From: Eledone cirrhosa
Lineage: Eukaryota
NCBI GenBank assembly: GCA_964016885.1
Contig: OZ024740.1
Span: forward strand, 310,930,001-310,994,000
Direction of reading: 5' to 3'
DNA: 64,000 nucleotides
The notes beneath the pieces are model-generated. The model was not told where the DNA came from. It was given only the letters and a program-made list of their open reading frames with translations, and made no database searches. Each line of letters begins with the position of its first letter. The stretch's first letter is position 1. Shown here piece after piece: positions 1-13,500 of the stretch. The translations under genes and the position numbers were made by a program.

Positions 1-1686
1 GTCGCGCACCAAATGCATACATCTTTGCACTATAGATGATTGTGGACATCCACCAAGCGTTATGATGTGCATCAGGCAGCATCCAATGAATTCCACGAGG
101 AGGGGTGACACCAAGCAAGATCAACATCAACTCGGCACATTCTCGGTAGTCGTCCCGTGGAAGAGAACTCATTTTCCCATCGTCGGATGTCAGCAAATCT
201 TGGAGGAACTTGATGTTCTCAGAACACAGACGCTTGAGTCTCCGGTCGACAATGTTCAATGTTTTAAAGTTGGTCTTGTCCGTGAGTGACACCCAATCTT
301 TTTTTAACTCCTTGAACTCTGGGATGACTGTACTGGACATTGCTCCGAATAGTTGTTGCCACACTTCACACAAGATACGCTTGCCGACAAGCAAAATAAA
401 ACACCTTTTTGTTGAGCATCTCTTCTAGTTTCACGCAGGCACCATTTTTCCATCCAGAATTCGAAGCAGTTGTGTCGAAGACCAAACCCACCACAGACCC
501 ATCAACATTACAATCTTTAACAAGAATCAAATGATGCTTTGGCTTGGATGGTTCCAGTGCCATTAGGAATTATGGGAACACCGAGGAGTTTACCTTCTCT
601 GAAGTCCGGAGTTCCAGCAACTAGCACGCCTAGCCTCTCGTGGTCACCAGGAATTATTTTGCCATCCCAATGTAAGGTAACAAAGTCTGGTACAGCAAAT
701 TGTTCCTTTATGTGTTCAGCCCCCACAGTTCTGATCTTCTTAGCTGCACGTCTGCTACTATTCTTGGAGAGAGTTATAACGTCTATGTCAGTCCCACCCT
801 CAGAAATAATCGATGCCATAAATGCTGTTCTCTGGCCCAGTGTCAGGTTTAAACGATCAGCCATTAGAGAATTTTTTGGACTTTGAAGTGGATTCTTTGG
901 GAGTTCCAGCTGGATTTTTCGCTTCTTGTCTGACTTTGAGCTGTCTCTGGGTGGGTTTGAGGCCTGAAATTCAGGATCCTGTTCATCTTCAGTTTCATCA
1001 TTGGTTGAACTTGAATCACTCAGTTCATTACGTGGAAGTTGTGCTGCTACAGATCCTGACAAACGCTTTCTATGGTCCTCTGACTCTCGACCAGCCACAG
1101 AAACCTGATCACACTTAAACTTTGAAGATACCTTTTTCTGATAACCCTTGTCTTCAGCACACAGAGATACTTTTTTCTGGCAACGCAGGGCTTCGAGAAA
1201 TGTAGCATCTTCCATTTTCTGTTCATTATTACGAAGACGGTCTTTCAAAATTTTCTTTTCAGCATCAGTATGTGCAATGTAGAAATACGAATCCAATTCA
1301 AAAATAATAAGTGCTTCCTTTTCTCTGTTTGACTTAGAACCTTTGGGGTTTTTTTGTAAATTTCTGTATTCACTGTACATGTTCATAATTTTCAGTTTCA
1401 CTTTGTCTTTTCGTTGAGTCGCCACACCAGCTTTTTCCCACTGACTAACTACTTCCATCACAAGCCTATCCGCAATAGCACCATTGAAGCTCACATGCTT
1501 TTCGTGTTTTATAGGACTATCTTTCAGGTAGAAGAAATATCTTAGAACATCCCCCTTTGTTGGTATTTTGTTTGGTGAAAAGGATGTAACATATTGCCCC
1601 AGGAGCCATATTTCTCGATCATCATAACGGAGCGACGAACTACAACTAGGCCGACTGGTTTCCGCCATTATCCTGCCAATTTGCAA
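1..1686 (-). pseudogene. Frameshifted hATm-like DDE transposase (ORFs 517-1686 and 366-563, plus further frames to the window edge)
   Basis: A 389-aa N-terminal ORF is followed by at least three frameshifts through the catalytic region. Confidence 0.8.
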
Positions 1687-1824
1687 CTATTAGTCAAGGC
1701 TTAAATTGTCTGAAATAATCAAAATTACAATATAAATTGATAATATACAAAATGGCATGATAAAATTCATAGGGGGCTAAGAAAAAACACTTTTGTATAA
1801 AATGTGGGATTCTGGAACACCCTA
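1..1824 (-). mobile_element. hATm-type hAT DNA transposon, 5' half (continues beyond window start)
   Basis: Minus strand begins TAGGGTGTTCC at 1824, abutting (AT)n. Translated motifs LHWDGK, ERLGVLV, LLGVP, FDTTASNSG..NGAC..LE, ACR, PRDDYRECAEL and PPRGIHW..P.AHHNAWWM match the recalled hATm transposase signature. Confidence 0.8.
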
Positions 1825-1927
1825 ATATATATATATACATGTATATAAAGATATATATATATATGTCTGTGTGTGTGTGTGTGTGTTCATTAACATATAC
1901 GTACCCCACGTCCGATATATATATATA

Positions 1928-1972
<45 letters not shown>

Positions 1973-2149
1973 TGATTTAGTCAATTACAGTTGCACATGC
2001 ACTGTGCATATAATAAGAAAAAGCGATGAAGATTCGCTTACATGTATTTATGTCTTTATTGGGTATCGACCTGTTAGGCGCGTTTCTCAGATGATTGACT
2101 GAAGATCACCTATGGAAGCTATGGTACTGACTCCCTCATCGATCTGGTC

Positions 2150-3900
2150 ATCTGTGTCTGTCCTTAGGGCATCAACAAACGTTAACCTTGGTCTTCCTCT
2201 TCTAGTGTGTCCATGTAGAGGCTCCCAAAGAAGCACTGAGTGCAATGTCAACTTTGGATGTCGGTGAGCATGTCCAGCTAACCTCACTCTCCTCTGTGTC
2301 ACTTTTGAGCTGACTTTTGGGATGCTCCCATACAGCTCTGAGTTTTTCATCCTCAGTGTATACTGATTAATGTTCAGAGCCATCCTCAGCATTCTCGTGT
2401 AGCACCTATCCATCATCTGAGTGAGTTTCTTGGTCAGTGTCCAAGTCACAGACCCATACAGCAGCACAGACTCCACTACAGCAATGAAGAGGCGGATTTT
2501 CAGGTCTCTACGAAGGTCCGACTTCCACACCGATCTCAAGCTGTGGCACGCCGCCCAGGCCTTGCTCTTCCTCTCAACCAGAATCATCTTCCGTATTCCA
2601 ATCTTTGCTCCCAAATACAGGAAGCCCTCAACCAATTCTAGCGGCTTCCCGCCTACATTAGTGATCCCCTCTGATTCTCAACATTCTCTACCAGATATTT
2701 TGTTTTAGTCTCATTCATTCTCAGCCCCACACTCTTCGACACAGTCTCAACCTCCCGCATCAAATCCTCTGCCTCCCTCACTGTATTTGTCACCAAACCT
2801 ATGTCGTCGGCAAATTCAGCATCCGATAGCTTTTTCACCCTAACTCTCCTGCTCTGGGCCGGTGCTACAGTAAAGCCAGAGTCCTGGTGTTTCTCCAGTG
2901 CAAGGCGCATACAATAGTCCACTACGATGATAAAAAGGTAGGGAGCCAATGTATCTCCCTGGAGCACTCCAGCCAGTATCTCAAAGAACTCTGTTATCCC
3001 ATCAAGTGTAATGACTTGGGCTTTGGTGTTGGTGTAGAGCAGTGATATCAGGTCCACTATCTTCTGGGGGATTCCATAAGCCTGTAAGATCTTCATTAGG
3101 CAGTAACGGTCCACAGAATCAAAGGCCTTCCTAAAGTCAATGAAAACCATGACCGCAGGAAGGCACTTTGCTCTAGCTCCCTCTAATATCCTCCTCAGCA
3201 TCAGGATGTGACTGGTGGTTGATCTACCCTCTCTGAAGCCGTTCTGGTTGTCCCTGAGCTTCTTCTCCATCTCAGGCTGGATCCTGTTAAGAATCATCCT
3301 GTTGAGGGTCTTTGCCACAAGTGACGTCAGTGAGATCCCCCTGTAGTTGTTGGTGCTAGAGAGAGATCTCCCTTCTTTGGCACTGGGACGATGTTACTGA
3401 TCCTCCACTGATTTGGGGCAACTCCTTTCTCCAGTGCCCTGTTACAGAACCCCAGGATGATATCAAAATCACACCTCTTCATCACCTCTGATGCCACTCC
3501 ATCTTCTCCATGAGCCTTGCCCTCCTTGATCCTCTTCTTGGCTCTCTGAAGCTCCTCTCTGGTGAAGGGCTCTGTCTCAACATCCAGTTCCCCAAACAGC
3601 CGCCTGATCTCCCCAATGTTCTGGACTGTGGAGGGTGGCTCTCCTAGTAGCGTCTTAAAATGGTCTAGCCATTTCCTCTTCCTATCCTCGGGCCCCGTTC
3701 CCTGGATCTGACTCGAACACCTTCTCTTCCTCCCTATGATCTCGTTGATGATCATCCAGCTCTCCTTACATCCAGATCTGTCAACTGCTCTCTCCACACT
3801 TCTGATCTTCTCTATCAGTGCCTCCTCTCTGACCTCAGTGTAAGCGGTACAGAGCTCTTCCCTCATCACCTCCACAGTCTCCATCCTCTCCTCCGTAGGA
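2150..3900 (-). mobile_element. RTE-clade LINE, RT and C-terminal part (frameshifted)
   Basis: ORFs 3327-3884, 2653-3318 and 2087-2635 carry KAHGEDG, QNGFR, FIDFRKAFDSV, GVLQGDTLAPYLF, FADD, FLYLG, LAGH..RH and GRPRLTF. Confidence 0.9.
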
Positions 3901-4916
3901 TCAGCATAGAATTGGTCCTTGGCAGCTGTTCGAGGAGAATGGTATACAGATACTTGCGATCCAAGAACACAGGATCCTACACGATGAGCCTGTGAGGAGT
4001 GTGATGATCGGGAAGAGGAGCCAGCTCATCACTACACCGGCAGTGAAGAACACAACAAATGCTGCAGTAGGAGGATGGGGTTTTGTGTTCAGTGCAAAAA
4101 CCAATCTGTTGGTGAGGGAAATAATGCCTATCTCCCCGCGAGTGTTGAGGGTGACCTTCAATGGAAACCCAAGACTGACAGTCATCTCAGCCTATAGTCC
4201 AACCGAGGGGGACAGTGATGTGAGTGCGGAAGTGTTCCATGAGGAGGTGTGTAGAGCTGTCAACACCACTCAGGCACACAATATCCTGCTTGTTTTGGGG
4301 GACTTCAATGCACATCTGAGTAAGGAGGGCAGTGAAGATCCTTGCTGGTACTTCCATAACAACACCAACCGAAATGGAAGACTACTGAGAGACACCCTGC
4401 TGGAGACACCCTGCTGGAGACGAACTTGATGGCGACCAACCTAAGGTTTAGGAAGAATCTGGGGAAGATGTGAACCTACATCTCAGATATGCACCTGTCC
4501 AAGTCCCAGATTGATTTCATTCTGGTGAGGAAAAAGTGGCGGAATAGTGTTCTGAACACAGAGCCATACAACTATTTCAGTACACTGGGTAGTGACCACC
4601 GGCTTGTTATGAGTGACGTCCGGGTGAGCTTAAGAAAGAGCAAGGCTCGGCCCCGGAGAACAATCTATGACTGGGGAGCTTTCAAGGAAGATGATAAGCT
4701 ACAGGAGAGGTTCACAGTGGAAGTGAGAAACAGGTTTAGTGCTCTGTGTGGAGAGTCAGAGGAGAGAGAGATTGGGTGGACTGAGGAGAGTGTGACGAGG
4801 AGGTACGGGCACTTCACCAATGCAGTGGCGGAAGCAAGTGAAACCCTGGTGCTGAGGAAAAAGAACAAATGGAAGCACGTCAGCTCTGCAAACCCAAAAG
4901 TGTGTGCAGCCAGAGA

Positions 4917-4920
<4 letters not shown>
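3901..4920 (+). mobile_element. Inverted 5' segment of the same RTE LINE (AP endonuclease)
   Basis: ILAIQEHR, GGWGF, VISAYSPT, LGDFNAH, NRNG, QIDFILV and SDHRLV. The segment ends at ...KVCAARE next to (TA)n. Confidence 0.88.
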
Positions 4921-4981
<61 letters not shown>

Positions 4982-5583
4982 CTAGCCGAATTACCCGCGC
5001 CTTGCTGCGTTCCACACATTTTTTTCTTTTTTTTTTTTGTAAGAAAATGAGGATTCATTTTAAATCAGTGATATAATTTATGAAGAAAAAATAAAGGGAA
5101 AATGTTTAATAATTTTTGTTGTCATAATTCTAGTGATGTTTTGCCATAGATAACATGTCTAAATTAGCCAAATTTTACTATAAAAAAGAGGTGCTTTTTT
5201 TATTGATTTCGTTTAATTAATAGAAAAACCCCGTGATAATAGAGGTTCCGATACTCAAGTTAGAGGTTTCCAAAATATTAACTATACTTAGCATGTCTTA
5301 ATGTTATTGAAATTTGCTAAAAATTTTGTGAATAGGCAACATATCTTGTCATTTACCTATGATTTAAATTTCATATAAATCGAAGGGAGAAAATTTTCAG
5401 CGGGGGTTTGTGCCCCCGGGGAACCCTTTGAATAAAATGAAATATACTTATCCAAGAACCCTGGGCAATGTAGATTCAGAATATATATCGTTATGGGGGT
5501 CTATCTCCAAAACCTTAGGAAGAGCTCGTGAACAGACAAACAAAGAAACAAACAGACAGGAACTACAACTTTATTATATAAGA
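4982..5583 (-). mobile_element. Non-autonomous Helitron
   Basis: Minus strand 5' A|TCTTATATAATAAAG followed by (CTGT/TTGT) repeats. The 3' end has a GC-rich hairpin and CTAG|T, inserted between A and T. Confidence 0.75.
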
Positions 5584-5588
5584 TTTAT

Positions 5589-5708
<120 letters not shown>

Positions 5709-6082
5709 CGATACAATGCTGAATGCATACGCACCACTTTTCTTTCGACCTTGTCGACCACTGAACTGCTCAAGAATAACAGGCGCGAAAACAGAGCTAA
5801 CTCATAAGGCGGATAAAAACATCAAAGAAATCTAAGTTTAACAATTTAATAAAGGAAACCTTTAAAAACTTACATATCCTATGCCTGCGTAATACGGCTT
5901 TGATCCCTTGAAACATTTGCCGATTATAAGTATGAGAATTTGTTAATCACCAAATTAGGACGAAGGACATCCTCAGCAAGCGGTTCTAAGAACAAACAAC
6001 CGAAATTCCATGTGATCTCCCCTGTGAAGATGACGCCCAGCATGGTGATACCTTCGTATTCTGCTAGAGTAGGTACTATATA

Positions 6083-6290
<208 letters not shown>

Positions 6291-7080
6291 CATATATATA
6301 TGAGTGTATATTTTGGGTAAATGTATTCCTGAACTCACTGGCTGTTAAGGCCCGTATAGTTCTTCGGAATGCCGTCAGGGTGATGTGAAGATTGCTCTAT
6401 GAAACACACCATTGAAGTGACAGGATATATATATTGGTTCTGACACATAAGAAGTGAGTAAGATGATAAAATGTTGTACTTGATATATTCACAATCAGAC
6501 TACAATATGATGTTCACTGTAAGGAATTAAACACAGCTTTAGAAGGATTTTCATGTGTCTTTTAAATGCTATTTTACAATAGTATGAAACTGTGACAGGA
6601 TTCAGTTCTTTAAAGTAGAACCACCCATTTATTGATGTTTTTGCATTCTCCAGATAATTCTAAAGGAACATATTTTTCTTCCAAGTACATTTACGTTTCT
6701 CCCTTGTTATCAGTTACTAAACGCTCAATTTACATGGAAAAGTTTTGAAAGAAAAATGGATGGTTTTACATCTAATGTTCTTCCATATCAATTAAGTTCC
6801 TACCTGTCTCTGTATTTGCGCGAAATATAGTTTTGATGTAACAGGTGGAAGAGGTTGATTAAAAATGGTATCATTCTTTTTTTTTTCTTTCTTATATTGT
6901 AAAAGATGTCAGATATTACTCTTATTTCAGAGACACAAAGACAATTCTCGTGCGAGAATGGCGTATTCGGAGAACAGGAAATGTTTTTGAGAAATCGATT
7001 GATCACGAGACGATAGGAAACTGTTTCGATTACAAATGTCATCCCATACAGGCAGTCGTAGGAATCAAAAGCTAAAATGA

Positions 7081-7160
7081 TTTGATTATATGTGTGTGGT
7101 TTGATTATATGTGTGTGGATTATATGTGTGGATTATATGTGTGGATTATATGTGTGTGTT
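7081..7160. repeat. Short minisatellite of GATTATATGTGT(GT)G units
   Basis: About five imperfect tandem copies. Confidence 0.85.
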
Positions 7161-7820
7161 GTATTTGTGTTAATGTTGTGTATTGAGAGAAATAGAATTA
7201 AATTTTTTTTTTCCGACTGTGAGTCCACTAGAAAGCTATGCTGTTAAATCCGATAATACAAACATGCTTTTTAGTTTAACATTTGGCATAGGTAATCATG
7301 TGACTATAAATATTCATATAACATAATACATAAGCAATTTCTTGAGCAGCTTATATGCGTATCTGGTGAATATTATATTATCAATACTACACTCCATGTG
7401 TTCATATACTTACAATCAACAAGCTAGAATCAGTGACTTTCATTCTAGACGATAGACATGTGTTTTCTTCTGAAATTATTGAACATTGGTCATATTCAGA
7501 CTAAAATATCGTACATGTTTGTTGAGAGTTATTATCATAAGGCAACTTAAAGCAGTATGAGTGATATATTTCACAATATCTACAATATTTGGTATAGTTA
7601 ATGTTTTAGAGAGATACTCGCTTAATGAACAGAGCCAGAATACAAGAACAAAATCATTTTATATTTGAAACAAAATCCTCAATAAATCCTTCGCGGATGT
7701 AAAGGAATTAACCGCTCGTGTTAAAAAATTAGGTTTTGATCCCCTATAATATTACCATAGTAAACAATTACAAATGATATGCAACTGTGAAATAAATGCT
7801 CCTCATTTAGTAAAGTAAAG

Positions 7821-7943
7821 GTTTTATGTCAATAAACATATCCAAACTCAATTGCGCTGTTGAAGAATCAGGATTTCCCATAATGATGCAGACCATCATC
7901 GCAATAGATAAAGAAATCAATGTCCATGATATGGATGATAAAT
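7821..7943 (+). CDS. Candidate exon of an unidentified host gene
   Basis: Open frame FMSINISKLNCAVEESGFPIMMQTIIAIDKEINVHDMDDK ends at a GTAAGT donor. The acceptor is weak. Confidence 0.25.
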
Positions 7944-8375
7944 GTAAGTAGATTGGTTATTGTTTTAGAATAATTCAATGGACATCCTACAGTACTTCAC
8001 AAGAGATATGCATTGATACAGAATAATGAAGCAAATATATTCTGCATAAGACTTTCAAAGTTCAGGCTCATGAAGCTCATTCATTTTAAAAACAATATTG
8101 CAAAACGTTTATACAAATTTAGCACACAGACAAAGCACTATATTGCACACAAACTTGTCGTGGATCTTTATGGTAAAAACGAGAATTGTTATATTTGGGG
8201 AAGTCATGTTCTAATATTGCCAGAAAATATAGTAAAACACATTCACTGTTTGGTTTGGTTTCGCTTCAGTATATTTTATATTTCTATAAAGCTGGCAATC
8301 AATATTTACCATTGATTGACCAACAGTTACAAATATATATATAAATATAAATATAGTTTCTCAAAGTTCTTTCGT

Positions 8376-11288
8376 CACACAGGACCGCCGCTAGATAACG
8401 ATGGTCAACCCTATCGAAAGCTTTCGAATGATCGAAATTGATCAAGAACCCATCCATGCCAGATTCCATAGCTACACACTCCACAATGTATCGCAAGAGG
8501 TTAAGGTTGTCAGGGATGGATGTGTCTGGAATGGCGCATGTCTGCGCCTCTACCACCAGACCACCGACGACACGCGCCAACCTCTTTGCAAGCACCTTGG
8601 CCAAAATCTTGAACTCTGCATTTAGCAGAGTTACCGGCCTGAAATTATCTATGTTGCCTCCCTTGTTCGGTTCCCTTCTCTGCAGCACCTCCGCTCTTCG
8701 GTTCACAGAGCTGGAAATTCACCCGTTTTGTTGCCATTTGCAGTAGACGTCCGCCAGGTGGCCACCGAACAAGTCTGGCATGAGTACGTGAAGCTTGTAG
8801 GGCAGACCATCCAAACCAGGCGATTTACCCATCATGCAGTCAGTCATTGCCTCCCGTACTTCAGCGGCTGTTATCGGTTTTTCGCAAAACTCCGTCTCAG
8901 TAGCCGAGAGCCGCAGCAGTCCGTCGAGGTAAGCACTAAAGTCCATCCCACGATCCAGCCCACCACTTACCCTGAATAGCTGAGCCAAGTGTCGCTGAAA
9001 AGCCGCACTCATTTTCCCAGGATCGAGTAACATGCGCTCATCGTGGTCCTCCAAAGACCGGATCGTGCCTTTGTTGCTGCGACGTGCCTCCACCAATTTG
9101 GCCCATCGAACGGCTTTCACCCCCTCGTGTTTTAGAGCACGTGCCCTAGCTCTAACAGCGCAGATTCGTGCTTTGCGTTGAAGAATTGGTCGAGAACCAA
9201 TTTCGCCACAAGCACGTTGGTCGCGATGCCTTTACTAAGCGCCTCGCCTAATGTTCTAACTAGTTCTCCCTCTGCTCTATTTTTCTCTATTGCTAACGCC
9301 TAATGGACTCTATTCTAATGGCCCTATTCAAGGCGAACCTCCATTTGTTGTTGACAACTGCCCTCGTCAACGCCCGCCTCATTAATTCGCTAACCCGGTC
9401 TTTGTTGGCTTTGCGTGCCGTCAACGACACGTTTAGCCTCCAGTAGCCGAGTCCCTGTCTATGAAGCCTATCTAAGTCGACCACACAGATCACGAATTTG
9501 TGGTCTGTGTAGTCGACTATCTTGAATTGTGGACAGACTATGCTAGACCTATCTATTTCCCTACGAAATACCCTATCGAGATATGATCTGGATGACCCGA
9601 TGCGGTTTGTTCATGTCCACATTGGCACATTCGGGAAATCCATACGGTACCTGTCAGACAGTTGAAAACGTCTGAGCAGATTTGCGAGGCTTTTACACCC
9701 TCCTCTCCTATCCGATAATCCCATACAGTCTCAGCGTGCATCTAAGATCCCGTTCCAGTCACCCACTAACACTAAAAAGCGGGACGTTCCAAGGAAAGTC
9801 TCCAGTCGCCGGAAGAAGTCAGGCCGGCTTGCCCCTATCGGGGCGTAGACGGTCAATAGCCTGAAAGCTTGTCCTTCTCCGCTGGTCACGTTCAGCACCA
9901 CCAACTTACCTTCTGGGTAGGTTGGCCCGTATCTCAAGATCCAGACTTCCTCGAGACAAAACAGTCACTCCTCTCCCTGGTGGTGGTGATGGTGTTGGTG
10001 GTTGTGGGGTGGTTGACCTTTTAATTTTTTGGTTTTTTTCCTCCTCTTGTTTTTTGGAGGGCGAAGGTAGGGAGTTCTATCTTTCTTTTTTTTTTTTTTT
10101 TGCTGCGATGGTTTTCCACCCTTCAGCGTCATCACACTCCCTGTCCGATTTAGCCATATCAGGAAGGAGCAGGCTCTCCATTGATTTTGTTGGCGCTGCT
10201 GGTGGTGGAGGAAATGGTGTTTTTGTTGTTGGTGTCGCTGGTGCTGATAGTTTTTCTGCCACTGCGGCCTCGGTTGTTTGGCCACTCCAGTCGCGGGGCA
10301 CGGTGTAGGGAGAAGAGGTGAGCGCGTACCCACCTTGCTGAGTTTGGGGCAGAAGGCCTTAAGGTGTGTTTTGTCTCCGCACTCGTGACACCTTGGGCGC
10401 TTACCTTCGACAGTCACGCGTAGATGGCTGCCGTCGACCAAGTCGATCACATCGGGGATGGCCTCTATGCTTTCATGGTATGATTGGATGATTAGCTTCA
10501 TCCCCGAACCTGACCAGTTTCGCATGACGTCTAGGATTGTTGTTCACTCCTCGGCGTCAGCAAGGACGGCCGCCATCAGCCAAGCGATCTCCACTGAGGT
10601 CGGAACCTGGGCCACTCGGACCTTCGTGACTCTCTGACCGCAGTATGTGGGCACCATCACTATTTAGTCACTGTGGAGTGGCGTAATGGAGTGTGCTCTA
10701 GCTTCTTCGGATATAGCGAAGAACGCATACTTCGATCCTCGGGCTATGTAGGTTTTATGTGCCCAGACGGCACCCATAGCCCTTTGGACCTGCAACTCAG
10801 TCACCCGTTCCACCCGGTGCGATTTCAGTCCAAGTGTACGGTAGGAAACAGTACACAAACGTCGGTTTTTCATGACGTCGGGTGGGTGAGTGAGTGAGTC
10901 TTACCCTGTGTCCTGTTTTTTTTTACTAACACCTTGGCCTGCCTCATCACCGTGTCACTCTCGCGTACTCGTTCAACATTTTTGGCAGCCTTCGCGAATG
11001 ATGTAACTTGGGCGGCTCCTATCTGATGTGTGGTTTCGTCGTTACTGCTGCTTTTGTTGTTCTTGTTGATTCTGTTGTTGGACTTTTATTGATATAGTTG
11101 TCTTTGACACGCTGTCGCACGACAACAAACTGAAAGTTGGGCAGCGCGGTTCCGCCGTGTTTTTTTTTGTTTTGTTTATTTTTTTATAAAAGTTTTCTTT
11201 AAAACACACAAAGGTTAAATATTTGGGCCTTTTGGTTCAAATATTATGGGGAGTCCTTTCTTGAGGGCAAAGACTAAAATCGTACGCC
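8376..11288 (-). mobile_element. L1/Tx1-like LINE, 5'-retaining, 3'-truncated and internally deleted copy
   Basis: ORF1 has a CHECGDKTHLKAFC zinc knuckle. APE remnant: VYAP, VGDWN, DHKFV. RT start: GKSPGLDGLP, NFRPVTLLN, KAFDRVDH. Colinear with the copy at 58328-64000. Confidence 0.9.
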
Positions 11289-11309
11289 TCTTTTGAAACA
11301 AAAATATTA

Positions 11310-11605
11310 ATTTGAACTCAGAACGTAAAGAGCCATAACACCTATGCAGCAAAGCATGGTGTCTGATGCTCTACCGATACTGCTAAACCACCGAATTATA
11401 ATGATTTCTAGTATAGGCACAAGGCCAGTAATTTGGTGGAGGGGAAAGTCGCAGTGTATTACTGGTACTTTATTTTATCGACCCCGTAATGATGAAAGGC
11501 AAAGTTAGCCTCGGCGAGATTTGATCTCAAATCATAAAGGGCCGTAACTCTATGCTGCAAAGCATGATGTCTGACTCTCTACTGATACTGCTAAACCATC
11601 GAATA
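11310..11605 (-). mobile_element. Two tandem tRNA-derived SINE copies (Meta-like central domain), one truncated after the B box
   Basis: A-box/B-box-like head, GCCTTTCATC..ACGGGGTCGATAAAATAAAGTACCAG body and GGCCTTGTGCC tail. Same family as 20056-20670. Confidence 0.8.
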
Positions 11606-12699
11606 ATAATAATAACCTGAATGTGCGTAAATAACTCTGTATAATACTTACAAAAAATCCAAAAACAAGAACTAAAAATACAGAATTTTACAAGGAAATG
11701 AATGAAAACATGATTTTAACTGACAATCAACACAGAAAACTGATAGATTGTTCCTTATACAGTACGTGTGCTTCACATAAGATATTTTGGTTGAGAAAAC
11801 ATGCAACACGTGCGTAAAATGAAGTCAACATGGGGGATTAGGAAGCGGATCACTAAATATAAATAAAATGAAAGACTAAATTATCTAGTATTATTTTACA
11901 TGCTCTCAAACGTTTACACAACACACACACACACATGCATACATACGCGCGCACAAACAAACACACGAAATATATACGATAAGCGAATGAAAACAAAATG
12001 AACATCTAGGTACGGCCAAAACAAAACAAAACCGAAAAAACAATCTCGAAATATATTTCAATTTACACCACTCATTGTTTGTTTTTCAATGTCAGGAAAT
12101 ACATCTATAAATAATACAAAATAAAAGCAAATTCCGTAGCGCGTGTCTTATGCAATCCTACTAAGAACTGATCCTCGTAATAAGGATTTCTGAGAGAGTT
12201 AACCCTCAAAAATCTAACACTAAACAGGCAGATTGGTATCTTTATGTAAACGTCAATTGAAAAGCAAAAATTAAAAAGAGAAACCTAGACAAACGATTAC
12301 TGCAATGAAGTATTTATACTCCTTCGATCCGTCAACAGTGTATCCAGCACACTCTAGCATGATATAAGAGACATCTCAAAGAAATAAGGAAGATATTTCA
12401 CCACCAACATACTAATGCCTCACTAATTGAAACAGACAAACATATAGATAGAATATATATGGAAAATAATGTGCTACAAATAAGCAAAAATTGCACATAA
12501 GCCTCCACAAAAGAAAGAAAGGCACGTAACAGAAACAATAACATATATACTAAGTGAAAACTTAAACGAAAGTGAAGTTGCTACAAATCTGCTCACGTAG
12601 AGAATATACAATTTAGTACAGCAAATCGAAAACGAAAGCAAATAAATAAAATCTAAAACAGACAAAGATGAAGACTACAGAAACACACAACCAAATACA

Positions 12700-13500
12700 T
12701 AGATACAACAAAAATATACCCTGAACTACTTACTTCACAACAAACATTACATCAGATCTAGAATTTAAAATGAGAATAATCTAATTGAAGCGATAAAGGT
12801 ATTAGAAGTGAAAATCACAAAATCAATAAACATGAATCAGCGTACACATATTTTCAAACTACAAGAAAATACGTAGTTCTATGAAAATAATGTGATAGAG
12901 TTTTGCAAGGATTTCTCCTCAGGTCATCAATAGTAACTGAATATCGATTAAATTATTTCATCTATTTAATAGCAGTAGTAGGACCGAGGCAAATTGGATT
13001 TGATCCCAATAGAAACAAACCGTAGTGAAACAATAACCAATAGAAAGAAAGTATAGGGCATTTCTTTTTTTAATGACAAATGATCTATCCTTACTCTGTA
13101 AACAAGAAAAGAAGACATCCGCCACAGCAAAGAAAATTGGATCCAAAGTGTATAACCTAAATAAAATAAAGAACACATTGGAATCACTAGAAATGTTCAA
13201 ATAAAACATATAAGCAAAGAATAGGTGTAAAAGAAGCTTTGAAAAACACGAGTGCTTATTCGAAGAAATTAAAGCATTTGAAACAAACAGCAAATGATTC
13301 TACATAAATATCAACAACAAGCGTAACAACCCAGATATCCTGGCAGGTGTACTGAGTAAAAGAGATCAGTATAACATAATTACACAAAAGATCAGAATGG
13401 AAGTGGGAGTAAAAATATATATTACCACATGCATAAACCACATTCACTGAATGTAGACATAAGGCGAGGAAACGTGTCAGAATAGAAAAAGAGCAATATG
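12700..13500 (+). mobile_element. Highly decayed LINE-like remnant
   Basis: A-rich strand bias and a DILAGVL-like fragment near 13335. Confidence 0.25.

Noticed and set aside
5830-6075. Minus-strand LGVIFTGEITW resembling a CR1/L2 RT thumb motif
   Set aside because: A single short motif with no further support.
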